Part shown: piece by piece, positions 30,971 to 43,819 of the stretch
How the letters are laid out: each line of letters begins with the position of its first letter
Position numbering within the stretch: the stretch's first letter is position 1
DNA from: the human T2T-CHM13v2.0 reference genome, Homo sapiens
Assembly (NCBI RefSeq): GCF_009914755.1
Contig: NC_060932.1
Direction: 5' to 3' (one strand)
Length of the DNA stretch: 64,000 bases
The notes under the pieces: generated by a model
What the model was told of the DNA's origin: nothing
Seen by the model: the letters and a program-made list of their open reading frames with translations, nothing else
The model's database searches: none
Translations under genes and position numbers: made by a program

Positions 30971-32919
30971 AGAAATCATCATAGAAATTAAAAATACTTA
31001 GAAATATATCATGGCAAAAACAGCAAAAATCAACACTGGTGATAAAGAGTAAAACAATGCTTGGACGCAAATGTATTGACCCATACACAATATTAGAGAA
31101 GAAGAATGGCTGAAAAATAATGAGCTAAACACCCAATTTAGGAGTGACTCCAAGAATAACTATAAATTTAGAAAAGGAGTACCTTTTAAAAAGTATCAAG
31201 CATAAGAATACATATCAATGGAATAGAAAATAGAGAATAACAGAATCGACAAGGTAAAATATTAGTTGGTTTGCAAAAGAAAAAATACCAAACTGTTTTT
31301 GGATTAATCATTGTAAAACTAAGATCTATTATAAAATAGAAAAAGATACACTTAAAATTATTTAATGGTTAAAAATAACAAAAAGAATGGAAAGCACCAA
31401 AGAAAAAATTATTTACTTAAGAAATTCTTTATTGTTAATTATAACATAGGTGCATGATAGCAAAAATAAGTACTCATCACAAAAATTTTGAATGTGCAAC
31501 TATGCACCATTCATTACAAACATTCCTGAAGAGAAATGGGTCTTAAGGAGCAGAATTTTCAGTGGCCTCTCTTTATTTCTTCCAGGATTCTCAACTAGGT
31601 ACTCTGAAACTGCCATCCACTGATTAGCACTAGCATTTGATGATGGCAATGCTCTTCTTCACATCACAGTGTCTAATTTCTTGATGGAACAATACATTTC
31701 AGAATCTCGAAAACATAAGTTGAAAAGCATGCTTTGTATAATTTTGTAACGTGGAGTGACAAAATGAGAGGGAAATCCTATCAGGGATACCAAAGAAAAT
31801 GTTATATCATTTTATAATTCTTAAAATCTATTTATAAAAATTCATCTCTGCTGTGAGAAGCTCCACTGGGTACATAATCTCACTGTTGTGCTAGGAAGGG
31901 TTTATGCTGCCAATAAAAGGCTCTTCGGAGCCTTTTAGAGCAATTGACTCTTTTATTACCTCACTTTTGAGGTGGGAGGGGGTGGGAAGGAAAGAAATTT
32001 CCTCAGACTAATAAGCCAAAACTTCTAAAAAGTGAGGATGGCAGAATACATACAAATACAATCACGGTCTAATCATTTACATCGATTTGCATTATTGGTC
32101 ATATGCATTTATCACTCAATACAGAAAAGCATGACATCTTTGTCATCCCAGAATCCCAGTTTAGGTTTCATGATTACCACATTTTTTTTTTTACTGACTA
32201 AATTTTTTATTTTTCTCTGATTATAAAAGTAAACTATATTAATTATGAAAATATGTAACAATAAAAAAGCCCAAAGATTAAAAAGTCATGTTTAACCCAA
32301 ATCAAATATAATTTCTAGTAATATTTTGGTGTGTATCAGTCTTTTGTTTCCATGTGTGTGTTTGTGTGAGTGTGTGTATTAGTATGCAGGTATGTGCACA
32401 CAAGCAACAAATACTTAGATAGCCGCTTATTGATTATAAAAAATGCATGTGCAAAGAAGAAAATAAGTTTCTTCTGAAGATTTATATAGGTTTAATTGTG
32501 TTTAATTGTGTTGAGATTAAAATAATATAGAAAACAATTCAATTTACTTTTATGATAAAAATGCCTGAAATATACAGATACTACAGTCATTCTATCAATC
32601 AAATAGATCATTGTTTATATCATTTTACTTCTATCTTTGTCTTTGAATCATTTTTCTGCATTGAAGAAAACAATGTCACATGTACATAAATTATATCTGC
32701 ACCTACAGACCTGTAGACAATAATTTTTGTTTCACATACATATAACTTCACTTAAGTCTCATAACATTTGTTGAAGTTCCTGGGCTATAATTATCTTAAA
32801 GCATGAGTCATACTTCTGTCTTCATTGATTAATTCCTCCCTAAGTAGTAAAAAGACCTTCTGAACACTATTAAGCTAAATTTGTAATTTTCCTCCCCTCA
32901 AAAAGCAGGCACATTGTGG

Positions 32920-33133
32920 GTGTCCCTCCTCTGTGCTTTCAACGCACCTTATGCAATCCTTCATTTTAGCAGTTATCTCATTGTGCTGTAATTATTTGTT
33001 TGCATTTGTCTCTCCCATTAAATAATGATCTCATTAAAGTAGTGCCTATTTCTTATTCAACCCTAAATTCCTGACACCTAGCAGAATTCTTGGCATACAG
33101 TAAACTTAAGTAAATAATTGTTAAATGAATGAA
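32920..33133 (+). mobile_element. LINE-2 3' end
   Basis: CACCTAGCAGAATTCTTGGCATACAGTAA...TAAATAATTGTTAAATGAATGAA. Confidence 0.8.
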
Positions 33134-33596
33134 ACAACCAAATCTCTTAAATCATTCTCACCAGCTTTAATGGCACAATTTGTATAGCAATGTTGACAGA
33201 ATGGCTGCTTTCATTAAGTTAGCTGTAGAGATTTCACAGCTGCTATCCATACATTGAATCATTCTTAGGTTTAGCAGTCTCCATATACATTTACAAATCA
33301 TTAAATAATTTGTCATGGTATTTGTGAGCTGCTCCGGTGAATAATAGATTTACAATTACTAATTGAATTCCGATTTGGTCTGTGTCAACACTGAAATAAA
33401 TAGGACCATAATGTTTCCTCAGCACACTTAGAAAGTCACACTGGATCTTCTGTGTTGGGATTTAGAAAACATTTAAAGAACTATAATGGAATAAGATGGT
33501 CAATATTATCTGGAAAATTTCTATGCTTTGTAAAGGCAAATGACTGGTTTTTAGATATTTTAAAACATATTAATTAATTAACTAATTACATTTACA

Positions 33597-33750
33597 TAAG
33601 CCCTAGCAAGAGGGGAACTGTCCATCCTCTTGGTTGGAACCTGAGATCCAGCAAGACCTACTACCATGGGTTAAAATGCACCAGAGTCCTAAATAAACTT
33701 GAAAGACAGTTTCGGCAACAAGGACTGAAATTCTTGGGCAAGTTCTAGTG
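33597..33750 (+). mobile_element. L1 (L1PBa/L1M1-type) 5'UTR fragment
   Basis: GGTTGGAACCTGAG...GTCCTAAATAAACTTGAAAGACAG...ACAAGGACTG...TGGGCAAGT resembles the L1PB/L1MA 5'UTR as I recall it. Confidence 0.65.
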
Positions 33751-34690
33751 CAAAATATTTGAATAGGTATTTCTCAAATGGAGATATACAAATGACAAAT
33801 AGGTCTATGAAAAAGTGCTCAACATCATTAATCATCAGAGAAATGCAAGTCACAGCTGCAATGTGATATCATCTCACCCCAGTTAAAATAGCTCTTATCT
33901 AAAATACAGGCAATAACAAATACTAGTGAGGATGTGAAGAAAGGGTGACCCTCATACACTATTGGTGGAAATGCAAATTGGCACAGCCACTATGAAGAAC
34001 AGTTTGGCGGGTCCTCAAAAATCTAAAAATAGACCTACCAGCAATCAATGGTAGGTAGCAATAGATGATCCAGCAATCCCTCTGCTAGGTATATACCCAA
34101 AAGAAAGGAAACCAGTATATCAAAGAGGTATCTGTACTCTTATGTTTGTTGTAGCATTGTTTATATTAGCTGATATTTGAAAGCAACCTAAGTGTCCATC
34201 AACAGATGAAGGGGAAAAACGTGGTACATATACACTATGGAGTAATACCCAACCATAAAAGAGAACCAGATCCAGTCGTTTGCAAAAACATGGATGGAAC
34301 TGGAGATCATTATGTTAAGTAAAATAAGCCAGGCACAGAAAGACAGCTTTATGTTCTCATTCATGCAGGGTGTTAAAAATTAAAACAACTGAACTCATGG
34401 AGATAGAGAGTAAAATCATGGTTACCAGAGTCTGGGGATGGCAGTGGAGGGGAAAATTGGGGAGGATTAATGGGTATCAAAATATAGTTAGATACAATGA
34501 GTAAGATCCAGTAATTGACAGCACAATAGGGTGACTACAGTCAGCAGGAACTTGTTGTATATCTAATGCTTGAGGTGATGGATACCCCAATACTCCGATG
34601 TGATTATTATATATTGTATGACTGTATCAAAATATCTCATGTACCCCATAAATATACACACTACGTATCCACAGTAATGTGAAAAACACT
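33751..34690 (+). mobile_element. L1MA2/3-like ORF2 C-terminus and 3'UTR
   Basis: TGCTCAACATCATTAATCATCAGAGAAATGCAA; GCAACCTAAGTGTCCATCAACAGATGAA; TGTATCAAAATATCTCATGTACCCCATAAAT. Confidence 0.9.
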
Positions 34691-37532
34691 TTCAAAAATC
34701 ACATTTATCCCCAAAATATTCACTATTGTGTATCAATAAAAATGTTTTTTAATAACAGTAAAATGTTTAGTTTATCTGTATAAAATGGCCAATTTGATAA
34801 TTTGCATGGGCCAATATTCTATTGAAGGGAGTAGTGAAATTATTCTTTTTTAAAATTATAACAATGTATAGAACCCCACCGATTTATATCAAGATGAATA
34901 AAAAGAGAAATTTTCCCTTGACTTATAAGAAATTTATAAAATTAAAATACTGTCAAATAATCAGATTAATTCTTAAAAATTACCAGCTTTGGTTTGTTAC
35001 TGTTTGAACTCACATTCATTAGGGAATCTGAACAAGGTATGGTTTTTAAATTTTTTATTTAGTAAACTGCATACTGCATTGAAATAACAGTAAGTATGTG
35101 GTATAGATTTAGCATAGCAGGTCAAGTGTCAGATTTCAAATAAATAATCCAAATCATATTTAAATGTAAGTTTCTGAGTAGCCTGCTTGTCAAGGAAAGC
35201 ATATAGAATATCTCTACCACTTTATCTCAAAGAAGCATAAATGTCTATTTGATGCATTTTTGTAATTTTATAAAGCTATTCTCTCTTTAAATGTGCTCTC
35301 AGGTAATAGTAGTTTGAATGAATTTATTCCTACCTTCAACTTTAAAGAGCAAGAGGACAGTGAAGCTGATTCAAGAAACAGGCAATGCCACAAAGGTGAG
35401 ATTTTTGGAGCAAGGATACAGATTGTGAATCCACTGTTTATAAACAGTAACAGCTCAGGCAACATAATTGAGAACACTCCCAGTGTCTCCCGAAAATACC
35501 TGCCAGAAGGACTGTCTTATTAGGAGATGAATGAATTATGTGGTTGACTAAATTTTGGCTTAAAATTTATCCTCTTCCTCTAAAATGTTTGATTTCTCCA
35601 AATCAATCACCACCTGGCCATATTATTGCAAAATTGATGAATTATAGGAGTTTTATTTCCTGACACCTTTGTCTGATACCATGTGAAGAATGATATTCCA
35701 GTGCTAGGGACAAGCTGTAAATGAATCAGCCCAGGGCTTTATATTTTAGTAGCATAGACACATATGCAAAAAACCCCAACAATTTCCAAATAGTGATAAA
35801 GCAAATATCTATTATTAGAGAGATTATCATGCCAACAGATTGGAAATCTGCTTAACTGTGCCCAAAATCTAATTAATTAACAAATCTCTACTCTGCAGTT
35901 AATTCAATCACCTCATGGGCATAATTTGAATTTGTGAAAGAAAATATATTTTTGTTATTAAGAATGTAGGTATACATAATTGCCTTCTGCTGCTCAGTTC
36001 TTCTTTACTATGTACAATGGCTGTCACTAAGTAAAAGTTGCCAGAATATATGTAACACTGAAGTTCATCACTGAGGAGATAAAAAATTACATGGGTTAAC
36101 AAGTCTTTGATTATATTAATGTCTAAAATTAATTAATTTAGCTTTTATGTTACAGAAAGTAATTCTAACTTTCGTTACATTTATTTAATGCCTAGAGCAC
36201 TTGGCATAGTTAAAAATAAATACAGTATTGATGATCAGGCTGATAAACATGCTTTTACCTTTCAAATAATATTTAGAGGATGTTAATTAGATAGCTTGTT
36301 GTGAAAATACTTAATGAGTCCTCATGTGAAGTGGAAATTCTAAGTAGCTTCCTTTTGTGTCTTAATACAGACTTGATTAGTAGCTCTTGGGTAATTATGT
36401 TCTAAAGTACTAAAGCAAGAATATTGGGAGGAGATGCATTTAAATTATAACTAATACAAAATTATACATGATAGATTTTTAAAATATAAGGTATTAGGAA
36501 CATGGTAATTTTGCCAAGCTATGCAAGTAGACTTGAACTTTATTAATTATAAATATGTTTTCTTTGGATTTTGGAAATAATGTGATCAGTATAAGAATTT
36601 ATGTATACTTATCTTTTACGTGTGTATATATATCTGATTAATATTCAAATATTTATCTAGTATAATTTATAAATAGATATAAATTGCTAATATATATCCA
36701 CTAACTAAAAGTCACCTTTCGCCTTTATATACAGCAAATACTAGTCACTCTTTAAGATCTAATTCATCAAGAGCCTGCAGTATCAATGAATTCCCACCTT
36801 CAATAGTGTCAAGTCTCTGAGTAGACTGCTCTATTTAAGATTTACTGTTATTCTTAGAATGTATTTCTTCACAGTTCTGCCCTCCTTTGTGTGCCCTATG
36901 CCCTATTATTATATTTATGAATCTCACAAGATTGTATGTTGTTCTTCCTAGTTCTTACTTTGTGTCTTTTTATTTAAATTCATTGGGACGTTATCTGTGG
37001 AAACTTTCTGAACACCGGATATAGGATGTTTTGTCAAAAAGAAATTTATATTAATTTTTTTACATGTTTGCTGTGGGAAATAACAACCTAGAGTTGTTCA
37101 AGAAGGTTTTTCAAAGCAGAGTGGAATTCCAAAATGGCTAGTTTACAATGGAGCAGAATTTTACAGTGAATTCTCAGGGGAGATATATTTTTTTAATCTC
37201 TCTTCAGCTTCGAGGCCAAGATATGTGAGTTGTCTTATTGTCCCTTTTATAGATGGAGTTTTTTTCTAGCCTACTTTACAGTGAAGTTGTAGCCCTTTGC
37301 GGGGCTTTTTACCAGTTGATTTTACAATGAAGTTGTAGCCCTTTTGTGGTACTATCGTTATGTATTTCCTACAAGACCCTATCACTTGAATTGGCCTAGG
37401 TTTTGTCTCGTGTCACCTCCAAACTGTGTGGCTATACATAACAGAAATTTGAAGTCACTACCTTTAAGTAAACATCCCCAAGGAAAAGCTTACTTTAAAG
37501 TTTGATTTTCTCTCTGCATTCAGGATACTGTC

Positions 37533-37618
37533 TTTTTCTTTCTTTCTTTCCTTCTTTCTCTTTCTTTCTTTCCTTTCTCTCTTTTTCTTTCTTTCTTTCT
37601 TTTGTGTGTGTGTGTCTC
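37533..37618. repeat. (TTTC)n/(TG)n low-complexity tract
   Basis: Read directly. Confidence 0.85.
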
Positions 37619-38010
37619 TGAGATTTCTTGTTTCTAGCTAGCTTAGAGATACATTTTTAAAGTGTCTCTACCACCTACCTTCCCTTTCCTGCATTCTCTA
37701 GGGATCTAGTCTTTCATGCAGTCAGAAACATAAATCCAGGACCTTGATATTTCATACTTTTATTTTATTTTATCTGTCTAATATGTGTTTGTCACACATT
37801 GGGGCTAAGAATATTTAGGATATGAAAATAAGTAAATGAGACCAAAGTTTCACCAAAAAAGGCAAAGAGTCACAATGGTTGACACTAAGCATTTAGAAGA
37901 ATTCCTCAAAGGAAAAACAAACTTTACTTCTGTGCAGTGATTAGCTCATCAAAGCTTCATTAATGCTTTTCATGCTTATGAGTCTACTAAAAGAAGCCCC
38001 TAAGTGATTA

Positions 38011-38150
38011 TTTACTTTAACTTTTCATATTCTGATCCTTAAGCTCACGCCTGTTTTTTAAATGTCCTGAACACAACTGATTTACTTTAACCTTTCGTAT
38101 TCTGATCCTTAAGCTCACGCCTGTTTTTTAAATGTCCTGAACACAACTGA
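38011..38150 (+). repeat. 70-bp tandem duplication
   Basis: 38011-38080 and 38081-38150 differ at two positions. Confidence 0.95.
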
Positions 38151-39409
38151 TTAGACAAGGAACAATGGACAAATATTTCCTAATGCAAGAAATTAAGCCA
38201 TATTTGCCTATTCCCAGTACTGTTAGCACAGGGTAAGGAAATTACGCCTGTATCCAGTATCGTTTAACATAGTGAAAAGAAAATGTTTGGTCTCAGTATT
38301 GCTTAAGATTGCTGTTATTAATAGTTTCAGTACTAAGGATCCTCAGCTTCTTTGCCTTTACCTTAAGGGACTAACAAAAACAACTTACTTTATTCTTTAA
38401 ATGTCTGCTTTAAAAAAAAAAAAAAACTTTGTAATGGTATAAAACTGTTCCAAAATCCAATCTATTCTTGGAATTTTCACCTAATTAACCCAATTACAAA
38501 TCGTATTTTTCCTTATTAAGTTTCCCCTTAGCTTTTACTAATGCACTTCATACTGCATCATTTTGTTCCCATTTAGCTCTGCTCAAGTAATTTATGTGAA
38601 CACTGTGACACAAAGGGCAGCTTTGGCACCACTGCATAATTTAATTCAATTCTATTGTTCCCGGTAGTCTCTCATTATCCTCTTATTCAGTTTCCCTTCA
38701 GCAACTATTTACATTGTTTTTATTATATTTCTGTTGTAATTTTGCATATGTTTAGCTCCCCTCAGTGAAAGAATAGAGAATTTGCACACAAATGACAGAT
38801 TTATCCATGTTTTATCCCTTCACACTGAGACATCCCATTTATGCCCACAGTTTTCAAAACAAACTGTGTCTAAAATTTTAGTTACAACACACAAAGGGAG
38901 CACATCATGAGAATTATTCCATTAAAACTGTTCTTTTTCCTGCAAAATAGGATGGATAATTCCTACTTTCTGGAATAGAAATTAGGTTTATTTTTCTTTT
39001 CTTTCAACTTTTTTTAAAATAAGAAAAATATTTTAAATAATTACAGTTTCCAAATATAGTAGGTACTTTTTGTTAGTAAAAATAAAGCATAGTTTTAAAA
39101 GAAAAGTAACATAAAATTAGTACTATTTCTGATATTTAGAATTTTATAGAACATTTACATCTGTTTGTTCTACATTTTCATTTTGTTTTCCTTCCCCTTC
39201 CACACTTGTATGATTACTGTAGACACCTAATAAACTCTTTTTGTTTCTTTTCCTATTTTATTGAGTGTATAGTATTATAAAAACTCTAAATTAAATTCAT
39301 ATTTATTACTTGGAATGAAGTTAATTTTTCTTTTTCCTCTGAAATAGTGACCAGAATGAGAGAAAAAAATGCATCTCTAATATGTCTTGTAATGTATTGA
39401 TGTGGGTCA

Positions 39410-39805
<396 letters not shown>

Positions 39806-40249
39806 TTATCGGGACAGCACATAAATGTATTATAAATGTTTACAAATATTTACCACACAAAATATAAAATTTTATTAGAACCACAACTCTTATGGAGATG
39901 GATGGTGATTTAAAAATAATTTAAAGATCTATTGATGAATATAATTTATTGGTGGAAGTGCATAGATTTTATCATCAATTTATATAATCTAACTTTCTTA
40001 TCAACATAATTTTTGAAAAAATATGTTCAAGTAAATAATAAATAGAAATAGATGGAATTTTGTTATGTAATCAATGCTTTCAATTTGTGGGGAAAGTTTT
40101 TTTTTTTTTCATCATCAAATCAATCACCAAAAGCAGACTTACTTTCTTTTATAAAATGCCTGGCTTTATTTTTTTAATTCAAATAAACTTGTTAATGTTG
40201 ATCCCTGTGACAAACATTACAATTCTGAATTTGAATTTTCAGATAGATA

Positions 40250-40680
40250 GGTAGAAGTTGGCATCTCCCAACTTATGTAACGGAGGTTCTGGTGTCAGAA
40301 ATGTATTAGGGATCAACACCTGCAAAAAGAAATGTATTAGGGATCAACACGTGTAAATGGAAAGGGGAGCAGGATTGGACAGAAGTGTAAAGGTAGTGCA
40401 GGTCCACCAAAGCCTCACTCAATCTAGTGTGAACTATGGGTTAAAAACATAATAACAAAATCTCTCCACAATGCTCCATTTCAGTCTAAAATGACACACA
40501 TTTGTGCTTCCTTGCTCATAGGATGCAAGCTACCCAAGCCCGGCTGTGGATGAGGCAGTTCTTAGGAGTTGAGGCAGCCCTGCAGGAGGTCCTCTGCTAT
40601 TAAGAACTCATGTCCTACAGCTGGGGACCAAGTACTTTTTTGAACTGGGAATTGAGTGGAGCACTTCTGTGGCTACCGAG
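40250..40680 (-). mobile_element. ERVL LTR (LTR16-like)
   Basis: TATTAGGGATCAACAC...GCAGGATTGGACAGA...TGCAGGTCCACCAAAGCCTC...CTGTGGCTACC; contains AGAAATGTATTAGGGATCAACAC twice at a 31-bp period. Confidence 0.6.
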
Positions 40681-41570
40681 TCTGCTTTTTGTGCTTGTCA
40701 TAGCTACCTCTCCATATCGGAAGAAAAGTTCCTCCAAGATTCTGGTGCCCCTTTCATCCTGTCAAAGACAGGAAGAGGGACATTGAGAAGGAAAACTGTG
40801 ATCTTCACCTCCTGTAGTTTGTTTAATGCTCTTAGTAAATATTTATCATTAAACTCTCCTAATTATTTATTCTACTTATCTGTGGCCTCCACTGGCTATT
40901 GTGGCTCATCTGGTGGCCTAGTCGTCACCCTCATACCTGAGGAGCTGAGCATTAAGTTACCATGTACATCTATGGCTATGTTGGCTTAATCTGTTCATTT
41001 AAATTCACAGTTAGACAAGGGAGTCCCAGAAAAATTCAAGTGAAATCCCTGGGATTCACACATAATCCTTTGTGTTTCCATTGTGCAACAGTAGCATCCT
41101 AGTGATCAGAATCAGTTTCCTCTGCCAACGTGATGACTCCTCTCCTTGACTCCTGGTCCTTAGATTTAAGGATCCCGAAGTTCCCAAACAGCAGCCACAA
41201 CTACAAGTGAATGGAATTCTTGCAATGCACCCTGGCAAAGTCAATTTTGGGGCCGGAAGCCCTAATTCTGCTCAGTCCAGGGTTGCAAGACGGAAAGCAA
41301 ATTGCTCCCTGATGAGGCATTAAGCATGACAGGAAATGGTGCTACTCCTACTTCCATCCCTTAGCATGTAGGCTTTATTCATACCTTGGACAGAGCATAA
41401 TACAAATTCATTTGATTCTATTATATCTGGCTTCCTGGAGGACAGCCCTCATCCTTGAAGAATAGTGCCTGTATGCTAGGACTTTAACTGTGCCTCCAGC
41501 AGGCAATCCCAACCCTATTACACTAGCTGCTGCTGGATGGTGTGGTAAGTGATATTGGATCTGGAAGCAA
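40681..41570 (-). mobile_element. ERVL internal sequence (ERV3-16A3-like pol/dUTPase 3' region), degenerate
   Basis: GC-richer segment abutting the LTR (GATGACTCCTCTCCTTGACTCCTGGTCC, CAGCAGCCACAACTACAAGT, TCCTGGAGGA). Confidence 0.5.
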
Positions 41571-42574
41571 AACTCTGTTTATTAATGTTTATTCTGTTGA
41601 CATAGTAATTGAGAGTAACAAGTATTTTCTTTTTTAATAATATGATGCTATTCATTTTTGGCTTTGATCATTTCTATTGCCCTGTAGACCCTGATGTATA
41701 TCCATTCAGCCCTGTGAGATCCCAGAAGCTCTCCCTAGCTTCTCAGTCTTTCAGCTGTTCCTTTTATGTTTGGAGTCAGTAATTATCTCTTACAAAAATT
41801 TGTCTCAAATGTCTACTTCACTTCTCTTGTCTTCCTTCTTTCCTCTTTTGGCTCTTCAAATCCTCACAGCCCTGATAGCTCAAATAAATGTTGTGTAATT
41901 TTCCTAGATTATCTAGTTTCTTTTTCTCATTAAGAGTGCTCATCACAGAGACATAGTCATCCATTGCTTGATGGCTGACATTTTATATTTACAAAACATC
42001 ATGTGCTTCAGTTTGTTAAAGGTTTTGCATCTGTATTTGTTAGTAAAAATATATGTATAATTTTATTTACTGCTTACATATTAATCTATGGATCTATTAT
42101 TTATTTATTCATTTCATTATCTAGTATTGGATCAATAATGCACAATTATCATAAAAGTTACCGGGCATATTTTATACTGTTTTCCTAATTCTTGATATAG
42201 CATGGATCTGAATAATTATCTTTGGAAGTTTGATAAAACTAACTTTGAAAAGAATTAGAACTATTTTAGTCTTGTATTTCTGATTTTGTTTTTAAGTGGG
42301 GTAGTAAGAGGATAAAGGAATGTAAGTAAATGCCATTTTAATTTTTTGAATAGCATTTGAGCAAAAATATTATTGTTTTATAAACCTACTTTTAAAATCT
42401 TTTGTATTTATTTTTAACTGTATTGCATTATTGTTAGGCTTCCTTTGTAATCTATTATATTTTCTATTGTATACATATACTTTCTCTGATTAAAAAAATA
42501 TGTATTCTTTCTTTGTTGGCTGTTGCATGCTCCATATCTAATATTTCAAGTTTATCAAGTGTGTATATATATAT

Positions 42575-42878
42575 ATTTTTTGTTGTTGTTGTTCTTTTGA
42601 GACGGAGTCTCCCTCTTTCGCCCAGGCGGAACTGCAGTGGCACTATCTTGGCTCACTGCAAGCTCTGCCTCCCGGGTTCACGCCATTCTCCTGCCTCAGC
42701 CTCCGGAGTAGCTGGGACTACAGGCGCCCGCCACCATGCCCGGCTAATTTTTTGTTTTTTAGTAGAGACAGGGTTTCACCGTGTTAACCAGGATGGTCTC
42801 GATCTCCCGACCTTGTGATCCGCCCGCCTCTGCCTCCCAAAGTGCTGGGATTACAGGCGTGAGCCACCGCGCCTGGCC
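42575..42878 (-). mobile_element. AluY (Yk-like diagnostics)
   Basis: CTCTTTCGCCCAGGC, CTGCAGTGGCACTATC, GCAAGCTC, GGGTTCACGCCATTCTCC, CAGGATGGTCTCGATCTCC. Confidence 0.95.
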
Positions 42879-43387
42879 CTTATGAAGTATATTTTAAGTC
42901 TTTCATATGACTATTTAATTTATCAGATTCTAAAAAGTAGGACTTCAATATTTACTCAAATACATCATTTAGGGCATCAAGAGAAACTCGTTAGTCATTG
43001 TAAATAATATTTAAATGTAATTAAAAAATTAAAGTCCCTAATAAAGATTTTTCCCCTTTTACTTCAGCCTTTAATGTGGCTTGGCACAGCACTGTGACTG
43101 ATATTCTCTTCATGTAAAATTTTAATATTTTGTTCATCATAGACTTTTGGCATCAATTTTGAATTTTAAAATATCATATAAGTGTATTATTTATCTTGTT
43201 CCTGAATAGTTTGATACTCCTTTGAATTGCACTTGAAGTGAAGGCCTCATGGATTCACCCTACCTTTAGATCCATTGAAAGGAGTTAATTAAATTCCCCA
43301 AGGACAATGTTTATTAATATAAATTTTCTTTTGAAATTCTATCAGTTGTGACTTGATAATTTTTTAGTCTATAGCATTAATAACTAC

Positions 43388-43710
43388 GTTAGTCAGCTTA
43401 ATTTAAATGGTTGCTGCAGGAACAAACGACATCAAAATTTGAAGCTTAAAGCAACATCAAAGCTGATATTTACGTACCATCTTCAGCTTTGTTCCACATC
43501 CGCCTCATATTGAGATCTGGAATGAAGGAGAAACTTTGATCTGAAACATTCCTGATCTTAAAACAAGGAGAAACAGGAGATGATGGAACCATATGATGGC
43601 TATTAGAGCTTCTGATAGGAACCTTTGAATCACTTCTGCTTTTTTCCTTTAGGCAAAGAAAGTAGCCAGTTAAGACTGAATCAATGAAGGGAGATATTTA
43701 AAATCTTACA
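43388..43710. mobile_element. Old MaLR LTR (MLT1J/K-like) remnant
   Basis: TTAGTCAGC...GCTGCAGGAACAAAC...GCTTAAAGCAACA; TCACTTCTGCT...GGCAAAG. Confidence 0.45.
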
Positions 43711-43819
43711 TGAAAAGATAATATATATATTGAACAGTCATGTAATTTACCATAAAGGGGCTGCTTGCAATAGATACATGTTCTTTGTTAATTCTTTCTG
43801 TAAATGAATTATATGTAAC

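Larger units (their letters stand above)
29300..31400 (+). mobile_element. Very old L1M ORF2 (endonuclease region), interrupted by an Alu and an inverted duplication
   Basis: AACATAGCCTCAAAATACA; TTTACAAAATCGACCATG; GAAATTAAAAATACTTAGAA; GGAATAGAAAATAGAG. Confidence 0.55.

Noticed and set aside
31914-31937. Histone 3' stem-loop or intrinsic terminator
   Set aside because: Loop and stem differ from the histone consensus GGYYYT-TTYH-ARRRCC, no histone ORF lies upstream, and intrinsic terminators are not relevant in a primate genome; kept only as a hairpin
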